Assembly: GCA_964200075.2 (NCBI GenBank)
Contig: CAXNAA020000017.1
Coordinates: 1-36,493, forward strand
Length of the DNA: 36,493 bases
DNA from: Sphacelaria rigidula
Taxonomy: Eukaryota
Direction of reading: 5' to 3'
Part shown: positions 36,487-36,493 of the stretch, in pieces
How positions within the stretch are numbered: the first letter of the stretch is position 1
Layout: each line of letters opens with the position of its first letter
Made by a program: the position numbers and the translations under genes
The notes under the pieces: model-generated
The model's input: only the letters and a program-made list of their open reading frames with translations
What the model was told of the DNA's origin: nothing
The model's database searches: none

Positions 36487-36493
36487 TGTTGGC

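Overview
Eukaryotic, intron-rich genomic DNA with GT-AG introns, most likely from a brown alga or related stramenopile (inferred from gene style and the RTE-type LINE; not provable here). No prokaryotic operon, CRISPR, rRNA or intact transposase was found. Bases 1-4.6 kb are transposon debris: a 5'-truncated, frameshifted RTE-clade LINE with a (CAA)n tail, two diverged copies of a non-coding element, and a complete 775-bp Stowaway-like MITE with TA target duplication. Five spliced genes can be rebuilt by hand with phase-consistent introns. (1) A minus-strand three-repeat MYB factor whose R3 recognition helix is non-canonical. (2) Head-to-head with it, a divergent proteasome beta-6 (PSMB1-type) gene. 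(3) An unknown ~556-aa gene starting very close to the proteasome stop, with a ~400-bp foldback in intron 2. (4) A DUF4807/F58A4.6-like gene. (5) A 12+ exon gene combining PDZ, AIR9/SCAB-like Ig and PH-like domains, which runs off the window. Also present: a tRNA-derived SINE plus a truncated copy, a degenerate two-part ~54-bp tandem array, a dispersed repeat, and an N-gap whose flanks look like one sequence read twice. No clear-cut new biological system was found; the best leads are the MYB helix, the intronic foldback, the PDZ-Ig-PH protein and the tandem array.
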